Part shown: positions 16,979-27,026 of the stretch, piece after piece
Layout of the letters: every line of letters begins with the position of its first letter
Numbering within the stretch: the stretch's first letter is position 1
DNA from: an uncultured Saprospiraceae bacterium
GTDB lineage: Bacteria; Bacteroidota; Bacteroidia; Chitinophagales; Saprospiraceae
Assembly: GCA_938028705.1 (NCBI GenBank)
Contig: CALIZI010000411.1
Span: 4,915-36,914 of the forward strand
Direction: 5' to 3'
Length of the DNA: 32,000 nucleotides
Position numbers and translations under genes: made by a program
Notes under the pieces: model-generated
The model's input: the letters and a program-made list of their open reading frames with translations, nothing else
What the model was told of the DNA's origin: nothing
Databases searched by the model: none

Positions 16979-19033
16979 ATGAACACAAACCAAAGCCAAT
17001 TCCTACCCATCCTCTCCATCATCATCTTGCTTTCTGCATGTGTAAATGCGCCTTCTCCCACACCCACCGCACAAATAAGTGTCCATGATTTTCCCGATAT
17101 TTTAAACATCAAAGGCGTACCCGATTCTACTACCGACAGGGCGGTTTTTGCCTTTTCGGATTTGGGGGCATGGCATGGATACGCGCTTCCGGGTGATGAA
17201 GACAGGAAGCACACCGGCAGTTTTGTCGGACCATTTATTATGACACAAGACAATGGTATTTGGCTAAGTGATTGTCTTTCCAAAATGAATATCGTGGACA
17301 CCAAAACCCAAAAAACAATCAATTTGCAAGCCGCAGAAGTGACAGCAAATACCGCTTTTCCGAATCGCCTTTATCAATCATTTCAACTCAAAAATCCGGC
17401 TTTATTGGTCGAAACGCAATTGATATTTGTGAGTAATCGGACGGCGGTTATCGAACTCGTCATTCAAAATAAAAGCAAGGACGATATAGCGGAATTGGCA
17501 ATACAATGGACAGGAAATAGCTTTTTGAAGGAAGTCAGTTTTTCGCCACATCCCGAAGGTGTTTTGATTGATTTTGGTAAAAATAAAAATATCGGCTGGA
17601 TTTCGGCACATTCAGAGGGCGATATTGATTTCGACATTCAGCCTGAACAATACACTATTCAAACGCCTCATGAACAATTGAAAACCAATGAAATATGGAA
17701 AACCTATCTCTCTCAAAGTTTTTGTTTTTCCGAAAAAGAAAGAGAAAATGAAGCGGTTATTTTGGAGGATTTTTTCGCAAATCCTAATTCATTTTTTACA
17801 AAAAATAAAAATCGCTGGAATGAAAATATCGCAAAAATCACTCAAAATTTGCACCCTGAATTTGACACCGAAGCCCATCGAAAAATCGCCGTAAAATGTC
17901 TGCAAACCTTACACAATAATTGGCGAAGTCCGGCAGGATTTCTGAAGCACGACGGTTTATTTCCGAGTTATAATTATGAGTGGTTCAATGGTTTTTGGTC
18001 TTGGGATAGTTGGAAACATGCCGTAGCGATAGCGCGATTTGACCCCGAATTAGCGCAAAATCAAATCCGTGCGATGTACGATTTTCAGGACGAAAAGGGC
18101 ATGATTGCCGACTGCGTATATCGCGACAATAGCATCGAAGAGCATAATTGGCGCGATACCAAACCACCGCTTTCTGCATGGGCAACGTGGGCGGTTTTTG
18201 AGTACTCGAAAGACGAAAATTTCCTGCGAGAGCTATTCCCAAAAATCGAAAAATATCACAATTGGTGGTACAAATATCGGGACATCAATCAAAATGGCTT
18301 ATGCGAATACGGCTCTACGGATGCCTCACTCGTAGCTGCCAAATGGGAAAGCGGTATGGACAATGCAGTGCGTTTTGATGATGTAAAAATCATTCCCAAC
18401 GACTTGCAAGGCGGCTCCATGAATTGCGAAAGTGTTGACCTGAATGCCTACCTTTTTGCGGAGAAAAAATACCTCGCCAAGATAGCAAAGACATTGGCAA
18501 AACCCGACAAAGCAAAGCAATACGAAAGCGATGCCACACAACTACAACAAGCCGTTCACAAGCGATTTTATGACGAAGAATCGGGCTGGTTTTTTGATTT
18601 CGACTTGGCGAATAATGCGCCCATAAAAATATTCGGCTCGGAAGGCTGGACAGCACTTTGGACAAAGCTCGCAACACCCGAACAAGTCGCCCAAATCAAA
18701 AAAACAATGACCGACAGCACCAAATTTGCCACCTTCATCCCTTTCCCCACCCTCGCCGCCGACCACCCGAAATTCAAACCCGACGGCGGATATTGGCGCG
18801 GTCCGGTTTGGTTAGACCAAGCCTATTTTGCGATTCAAGGCTTGAAAAATTATGGCTACGAAACAGAGGCAATTCAATTTTCACATCAGCTGTTCGATAG
18901 ATTGGAAGGACTGAAAAATGACGATTTGCCGATTCGGGAAAATTATCATCCGCATACGGGGAAAGGCTTGGAATCTAATCATTTTAGCTGGTCTGCGGCG
19001 CATCTTTTGATGTTGTTGGAGGGTGGTAATTAG
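16979..19033 (+). CDS. (alpha/alpha)6-barrel glycoside hydrolase, GH63/trehalase-like (YgjK-like), lipoprotein
   Basis: I placed the start at ATG 16979 (MNTNQSQFLPILSIIILLSAC, lipobox). Motifs FWSWDSWKH, WESGMDNAVRF and YWRGPVWLDQAYF. The track start at 16910 overlaps the toxin gene. Confidence 0.7.
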   Translation: MNTNQSQFLPILSIIILLSACVNAPSPTPTAQISVHDFPDILNIKGVPDSTTDRAVFAFSDLGAWHGYALPGDEDRKHTGSFVGPFIMTQDNGIWLSDCLSKMNIVDTKTQKTINLQAAEVTANTAFPNRLYQSFQLKNPALLVETQLIFVSNRTAVIELVIQNKSKDDIAELAIQWTGNSFLKEVSFSPHPEGVLIDFGKNKNIGWISAHSEGDIDFDIQPEQYTIQTPHEQLKTNEIWKTYLSQSFCFSEKERENEAVILEDFFANPNSFFTKNKNRWNENIAKITQNLHPEFDTEAHRKIAVKCLQTLHNNWRSPAGFLKHDGLFPSYNYEWFNGFWSWDSWKHAVAIARFDPELAQNQIRAMYDFQDEKGMIADCVYRDNSIEEHNWRDTKPPLSAWATWAVFEYSKDENFLRELFPKIEKYHNWWYKYRDINQNGLCEYGSTDASLVAAKWESGMDNAVRFDDVKIIPNDLQGGSMNCESVDLNAYLFAEKKYLAKIAKTLAKPDKAKQYESDATQLQQAVHKRFYDEESGWFFDFDLANNAPIKIFGSEGWTALWTKLATPEQVAQIKKTMTDSTKFATFIPFPTLAADHPKFKPDGGYWRGPVWLDQAYFAIQGLKNYGYETEAIQFSHQLFDRLEGLKNDDLPIRENYHPHTGKGLESNHFSWSAAHLLMLLEGGN

Positions 19034-19055
19034 TGACTGGTGATTAGTGATTGGT
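19031..19055. repeat. Heptamer array (ATTAGTG type), left arm; overlaps the GH stop codon
   Basis: TAGTGAC TGGTGAT TAGTGAT TGGT. Its reverse complement matches 19698-19720 at 22 of 23 positions. Confidence 0.8.
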
Positions 19056-19076
19056 AAGCCGTTGGAAATCAATGTG

Positions 19077-19291
19077 AAACCTATAAGGTTTTTGAAAACC
19101 TATGGTATGCACACAAATCGACTTGGCATTGTTATTCAGTGTTTTATAAATAAAATATTTAACACTTGTAACTTTTGCCAAAATTCACAAAAACCCTTTA
19201 AAATCGTATTTTACACATTGTAAAAAATATTTATTTTTTGTCAATGGCGATTTGTGTGCATACTGTAGGTTTTTGAAAACCTTATAGGTTT
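19077..19291. mobile_element. MITE-like element with roughly 46-bp terminal inverted repeats that are themselves hairpins
   Basis: AAACCTATAAGGTTTTTGAAAACCTATGGTATGCACACAAATCG (19077-19120) pairs with CGATTTGTGTGCATACTGTAGGTTTTTGAAAACCTTATAGGTTT (19248-19291). A solo related hairpin lies at 4336-4369. Confidence 0.7.
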
Positions 19292-19354
19292 GAGCGTCCG
19301 GCAAAACAGGCTGACAGCGAAATCGCCTGTACGGTAAAACATGAGGAAACCCTC

Positions 19355-19420
19355 CCGAAAAACCCTTATCACAAAAGCACAGGGTTTAAACCCTGTGCTT
19401 TTGTGATAAGGGTTTTTCGG
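19355..19420. repeat. 66-bp perfect palindrome with no loop
   Basis: CCGAAAAACCCTTATCACAAAAGCACAGGGTTT followed by AAACCCTGTGCTTTTGTGATAAGGGTTTTTCGG. I checked all 33 + 33 positions base by base. Confidence 0.95.
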
Positions 19421-19524
19421 ACATCAGACTTCTATTTTTCAAAAAAATCTCGCCCTTTTGTGCAATTTGTTACACGCACCTGTGTCTTCTGTGTAATTTA
19501 AAATTTATTTATATTTTTACATTT

Positions 19525-22887
<3,363 letters not shown>

Positions 22888-22948
22888 TCGTTAGGGGCTG
22901 AAAATATCGGCTTCGGTGCTTGGCGCGGTGTGCCGTATGAAGTGTTAT

Positions 22949-24295
22949 TTATCTCACACCGTTTTTCTTCTCTTTTTTAAATTTCTCGTAGGCTTTTATC
23001 GCTTCTGTTAAAAATCTCTCATCAGAGTAAAAAGAAAAGTTTTCGCTTTTTGATGCTTTCGTATTGTATTTAGTTTGGGGTTCAAAAAGCGTCATTTGGT
23101 CAATTGAACCATTTGTTTTCTTTGCCTTTACATTTACGAAATCACCCATTTCTTCCAAACCTGAGAAAAACCTTTTAAAGATATTTTCTATTGCTTCCGA
23201 GCTGTTATCAACTCCAATCCATTTTCTATTTAGTTGATTTGCAACGTCTAATGTTGTGCCTGAACCAGAAAAGCAATCCAAAACAAAATCCCCTTCATTT
23301 GAGGAAGCATTAATTATTCGCTCTATTAAAAATGGATTTTTCTCTGTTGGGTATCCTGTGATTTTTATATTTTGATTTACTGAATCTTGTACATCTAACC
23401 ATATATCTTGTACCGATACTCCTTTATCTATATCGAAATACACTTTTCTTCTTGGATTTCCTGTTGATGACCAATAAATATCACCATTAGCATCAAATTC
23501 GTCTAGCCTTTTTGGTGTGTATTGCCAATGCTTACCCTTTGGAGGCATCTTTCCACGCCAAGGTTTTCCTGTTTCTCCGTTTCTAATTCCCGGTGCATGT
23601 ACCGGCACTTTCTTATACCTTCTACCTGTCTTTTCGTCAATGCAGGGATATTCTTTTTTCATTTTTTCTTCCGACCAAGGTAATGTAGCTCGATGCCAAG
23701 TGTAGTTGTCAGATTTAGAGTAGAAAACTACATAGTCAGATATGTTCCCATAGGTGTTTTTAGTATAATTCTTATTACTACATTTTTTACGTGTGATAAA
23801 TCCTCTGAAATTTTTCGCTCCGAAAACCTCATCCAATATAAGTTTACTTTCAAAAATCATATTATTATCCAGATGGAGGTAAATAGACCCGTCATCAGTT
23901 AATAACTCTCTCAATAAAATCAATCTTCTTCTTAAAAATTCAATAAAATGGCTACCTATTAAATCGTCTTTGTATGAACTTTTCTGATTTCTTGAATAAA
24001 ATACACTATTCGTTCCGTAAGGTGGGTCAATGTAAATTAGCTTAACTTTCCCCCGTAACTTTGTATCATGAATTAAATGTTTTAGCACATCTAAATTATC
24101 CCCATAAAAAAGTTTGTTTTCAGAGTCGTGTTCAAAAACCTCTGTATATTTTTCTGTAGGTTTTTCTGTAATTAATTTATTTTCAGGAGTCTTTCCTTTA
24201 TAACAAATCTCGTAATCAAAACTTTCATCAAAACTTTCATCTGAAATTATTGATGTTTGGTTTTCCCATTTATTTTTAGTTATTCCCGTAGCCAT
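22949..24295 (-). CDS. Beta-class N6-adenine/N4-cytosine DNA methyltransferase (N6_N4_Mtase type)
   Basis: Motif IV IYIDPPYG precedes motif I VLDCFSGSGTT. It also has YPTEKN. Length is 448 aa, with a tandem 12-bp duplication (ATCAAAACTTTC x2, 24215-24238) encoding DESFDESFD. Confidence 0.85.
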   Translation of the reverse strand: MATGITKNKWENQTSIISDESFDESFDYEICYKGKTPENKLITEKPTEKYTEVFEHDSENKLFYGDNLDVLKHLIHDTKLRGKVKLIYIDPPYGTNSVFYSRNQKSSYKDDLIGSHFIEFLRRRLILLRELLTDDGSIYLHLDNNMIFESKLILDEVFGAKNFRGFITRKKCSNKNYTKNTYGNISDYVVFYSKSDNYTWHRATLPWSEEKMKKEYPCIDEKTGRRYKKVPVHAPGIRNGETGKPWRGKMPPKGKHWQYTPKRLDEFDANGDIYWSSTGNPRRKVYFDIDKGVSVQDIWLDVQDSVNQNIKITGYPTEKNPFLIERIINASSNEGDFVLDCFSGSGTTLDVANQLNRKWIGVDNSSEAIENIFKRFFSGLEEMGDFVNVKAKKTNGSIDQMTLFEPQTKYNTKASKSENFSFYSDERFLTEAIKAYEKFKKEKKNGVR

Positions 24296-24298
24296 GTT

Positions 24299-25156
24299 TT
24301 ATGATTTTAAAAACTCCATTGTAATTCTTTCCATAATCATTCGTAAAGTCACTACTATAATATCATCCGAACTGTCCTCAATATAAGCATAATCATTCCA
24401 CATAGAACCTAAAAGTAACCCCGGTCCGTCATTAACAAATATGATTTTTGTTCTTAAATCTTTTCCCTTCGCATACCCTAAAAGCTCATTTGCTGCATTT
24501 CTATTTCCTCCTGTTCTATCGTCCTCTTGTGCGCCTCCTCTATCTCCGTCATATCTTGCAAAACCAATTGCCAATATATCATCGCCTTCTTTTATCATGA
24601 AATCTGCCGGCCTGTCAGGTTTAGGGTAATCTTCAAAGACTTCTCCCAACCGAATATCTCTACCTGCTCTTTCAGGTCCTGAAATATCTAAATCAGGAAA
24701 TTTGCTTCGTAGCAACTCAAACATTCTTTCTGTTAAATCATATCCTTTTTGTCCCCGACTTTTGTATTCCCAAAGCAAAGCACACAATGCTTCATCCGGG
24801 ATTGGTCTCGAAAAAAATGCTTTTTGAACTTCTACGATTGGTCTAAATTGTTTGCCAAATTCTTCACAAATCCATTTTGCTTTGGTTTTCTTTTTGAGCA
24901 TTTCAACTGGTGTACTCGGACTAACATATTTCCTGAAAACCCTTGCCAACTGAATTCGCATCCAAGGTTGCCTTAATTCGGTAGTGTACAAAAACAATCT
25001 TTCTGAACTTTCAGATTTCTTCAAGAATTGCCCAAATAATTCAAGAACAGGTTGGTAAAGATTGCAAGCATCAACTAAAATGTCAGGGTAATATTCTCCT
25101 GTTGCAAGGGTAATCCAATTTGCTCCCTCTTCTTTATAATCACTAAATTTCCTCAT
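24299..25156 (-). CDS. Putative type II restriction endonuclease (family not recognised)
   Basis: 285 aa, immediately upstream of the methyltransferase with a 3-nt gap on the same strand. It has a PD-(D/E)xK-like stretch, PADFMIKEGDDILAIGFARYD. The call rests mainly on context. Confidence 0.45.
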   Translation of the reverse strand: MRKFSDYKEEGANWITLATGEYYPDILVDACNLYQPVLELFGQFLKKSESSERLFLYTTELRQPWMRIQLARVFRKYVSPSTPVEMLKKKTKAKWICEEFGKQFRPIVEVQKAFFSRPIPDEALCALLWEYKSRGQKGYDLTERMFELLRSKFPDLDISGPERAGRDIRLGEVFEDYPKPDRPADFMIKEGDDILAIGFARYDGDRGGAQEDDRTGGNRNAANELLGYAKGKDLRTKIIFVNDGPGLLLGSMWNDYAYIEDSSDDIIVVTLRMIMERITMEFLKS

Positions 25157-25171
25157 TTATTATCTTTCACG

Positions 25172-25193
25172 CAAAGGTAACCAATCATTGGTT
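25172..25193 (-). promoter_or_regulatory. Candidate R-M promoter -7 box with an adjacent palindrome
   Basis: On the minus strand, TACCTTTG (complement of 25172-25179) fits TAnnTTTG and lies 15 nt before the ATG at 25156. The palindrome AACCAATCATTGGTT (25179-25193) lies directly upstream. Confidence 0.35.
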
Positions 25194-25316
25194 CGTTTTG
25201 CTGTTTTTTATTTTTCTTTTTAACGGTGTTCAACTTCAAAATACACACAATATTGCGCTTTTACCTCTCAATATGGACATACATAACAATAAAATTATAC
25301 ATATTAAAATCAAATA

Positions 25317-25396
25317 ATCACCAAAGTAGCAAGCCCCTTCAAAGTTAAATAACGCATACAAAGTTAGCGAATATTTCCATGTATCATAAAAAAATC
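25317..25396. repeat. Direct repeat copy 1 (about 80 bp)
   Basis: ATCACCAAAGTAGCAAGCCCCTTCAAAGTTAAATAACGCATACAAAGTTAGCGAATATTTCCATGTATCATAAAAAAATC. Similar copies lie at 26607-26698 (full) and 26974-27020 (right part). Confidence 0.75.
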
Positions 25397-25430
25397 TCGA
25401 ACTCCTGAAAAATCAGAAATTCGGCATTGA

Positions 25431-26474
25431 TTATTCTTTCTCCGGTGGAAGTTGGTTTTTAATCATTCTATCAAAATCACTTTCAAATAATCTGTCTTGA
25501 ATGACTCTAAATTTATCGTATTCGCTTTCAGCTTTTAATTTAGCTTGAAGCATTGAAATTTTACCTTTATCTTTCAATATTGGGTAATCTGCTAATTCTA
25601 AGAATTGCACTAAAAATCTATCCCAATCTTTCATATTCATTACCTGTCTATTTCTGGCTCTGTTCTCTGCTAAGTCTAAATAGGAAGTAACTATGCGCTC
25701 TAATTCTTTAATATGTTCCGTATTTAAATAATTTTTGGCAATCGTTACATCGCTTTTTAAGATTTTTCCATCAGGTGCTTTTTTCCAAGTTTTTAAGCCC
25801 ATATAGATTTTAGTGGCATCCGCTTCTGTATAGATAATTTCTGCTGCTGTTTTTCCGGTTATAGCCCAATGCAGTTTGTTTTGAACCGCAGCAAAAAACT
25901 GTTTGGTTATAGCATTCTTACTATCATAATCTGCTGATAAAGCATATATATCTGTTATTTTTTGGTATAAACGCCTTTCACTCAAACGAATCTCACGGAT
26001 TCGTTCCAACATTTCATCAAAATAATCTTCGCCAAAATGTGTAATTTGCTTTAAGCGTTCATCATCCATCGTGAACCCTTTGATGATGTATTCATGCAAA
26101 ATCTCAGTTGCCCATTTTCTAAATTCAATAGCACGCTGTGAATTTACTCGATAGCCTACTGCTGTAATGGCTTTTAGATTATAATAAGTTACAACTTTTT
26201 CTTGGGTTTTTCCTTCTATAGCACCGTGCTTAGTGGTGTGTCGGAATTCCCGACATACCACTTTTTTATCTAACTCGCCATCTGAAAAAATCTTTTTTAG
26301 GTGTTCTGTAATGGTAGAACGCCCTTTTTCAAAAAGTTCCGCAATCTTCTTTTGTGTAAGCCAAAGTGTTTTATCTTGATAAAATACATCAATATTTACT
26401 TTACCATTTTCGGTTTTGAAAATCACAAAGTTGTTTATCGGCTGTAGTCCTTCTTGTTCTTTTTTATTACTCAT
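25431..26474 (-). CDS. RhuM-family protein
   Basis: 347 aa. Long stretches match the RhuM family as I remember it: WLTQKKIAELFEKGRSTITEHLKKIF, YYNLKAITAVGYRVNSQRAIEFRKWAT, GFTMDDERLKQ, QNKLHWAITGKTAAEII. Confidence 0.8.
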   Translation of the reverse strand: MSNKKEQEGLQPINNFVIFKTENGKVNIDVFYQDKTLWLTQKKIAELFEKGRSTITEHLKKIFSDGELDKKVVCREFRHTTKHGAIEGKTQEKVVTYYNLKAITAVGYRVNSQRAIEFRKWATEILHEYIIKGFTMDDERLKQITHFGEDYFDEMLERIREIRLSERRLYQKITDIYALSADYDSKNAITKQFFAAVQNKLHWAITGKTAAEIIYTEADATKIYMGLKTWKKAPDGKILKSDVTIAKNYLNTEHIKELERIVTSYLDLAENRARNRQVMNMKDWDRFLVQFLELADYPILKDKGKISMLQAKLKAESEYDKFRVIQDRLFESDFDRMIKNQLPPEKE

Positions 26475-26599
26475 TTCGCTTTCTTTTTACGAGTCTTTTT
26501 TTGCCTGTCAAAAAGTGTATCCTTTTTCACCATTTCCTCATATTTTTTGAACAAATACTCCAAACGCTCAGTATCATTATTAAAAGGTTGTAAACAATA
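26471..26599 (-). pseudogene. Start-less 42-codon open frame ending in ATGA overlap with the RhuM start (possible gene remnant)
   Basis: Hand translation gives YCLQPFNNDTERLEYLFKKYEEMVKKDTLFDRQKKTRKKKAK*. It is preceded by an in-frame TAA at 26600-26602, with only internal TTG and ATG codons. It begins at the edge of direct repeat copy 2. Confidence 0.3.
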
Positions 26600-26606
26600 T
26601 TAGAGC

Positions 26607-26698
26607 ATCACTAACGTAAGCAAGTCCCTTCAAAGTTAAATCACAAACAATGTCATTAAGTTAAGAGATTTTTGCATTTACATTACCATAAAAAAAAT
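26607..26698. repeat. Direct repeat copy 2
   Basis: ATCACTAACGTAAGCAAGTCCCTTCAAAGTTAAATCACAAACAATGTCATTAAGTTAAGAGATTTTTGCATTTACATTACCATAAAAAAAAT. By eye it is about four-fifths identical to copy 1, with an 8-nt insertion. Confidence 0.7.
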
Positions 26699-26973
26699 AT
26701 TTAATGATGCAAAAACGCCATAGGCGTGAACGATTTGGTAGCCCCAAGTTTCAACTTGGGGAGAAGAAAATCCCTCTCTCGAATGAGTGTCGTAGACACG
26801 GTGCATTAAACGATGTAACGTGCCTAAAGCACTCAAATTGTGGGGGCAAATCCTTTCCCCAAGTTGAAACTTGGGGCTACCAGATGTTTCGTGTCTAACG
26901 ACACTTTTTGAGGTGTTTACACATTTTATTTTTTATTAAATATTTTTTAAAAACGCTTAACTTAATGACATTG
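26648..26973. repeat. 326-bp segment bounded by perfect 18-bp inverted repeats
   Basis: CAATGTCATTAAGTTAAG (26648-26665) pairs with CTTAACTTAATGACATTG (26956-26973). It is flanked by AAATCACAAA (26638-26647) and AAATAACAAA (26974-26983). Confidence 0.7.
26736..26882. repeat. Perfect 27-bp inverted repeat in which each arm is itself a hairpin
   Basis: TGGTAGCCCCAAGTTTCAACTTGGGGA (26736-26762) is the exact reverse complement of 26856-26882. Each arm contains CCCCAAGTT..AACTTGGGG. Confidence 0.9.
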
Positions 26974-27020
26974 AAATAACAAATACAAAATTAGTAAATA
27001 TTTTTATGTGTTACAATAGA
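26974..27020. repeat. Direct repeat copy 3 (right part only)
   Basis: AAATAACAAATACAAAATTAGTAAATATTTTTATGTGTTACAATAGA compares with AAATAACGCATACAAAGTTAGCGAATATTTCCATGTATCATAAAAA in copy 1. It ends 6 nt before the stop of the dehydrogenase gene. Confidence 0.65.
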
Positions 27021-27026
27021 ATGACT

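Noticed and set aside
19355-19420. The 66-bp palindrome as a simple rho-independent terminator of the hydrolase gene
   Set aside because: It lies 322 nt past the stop. The stem is far longer than usual terminators, and no T-run follows it immediately.
22888-22948. A convergent terminator between lacZ and the methyltransferase gene
   Set aside because: Only weak, short GC pairings are present (CGGC..GCCG), and I could not draw a convincing stem-loop with a T-tract.
26704-26898. A 64-aa ORF, together with similar short ORFs at 65-253, 7398-7625 and 11808-11993
   Set aside because: They lie across inverted repeats or hairpins, or antisense to the LRR repeats. They have no coding-like features.
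25317-27020. Reading the three direct repeats as integron attC sites
   Set aside because: The repeats are not imperfect palindromes, I could find no R'/R''-type core sites, and there is no intI-like integrase in the window.
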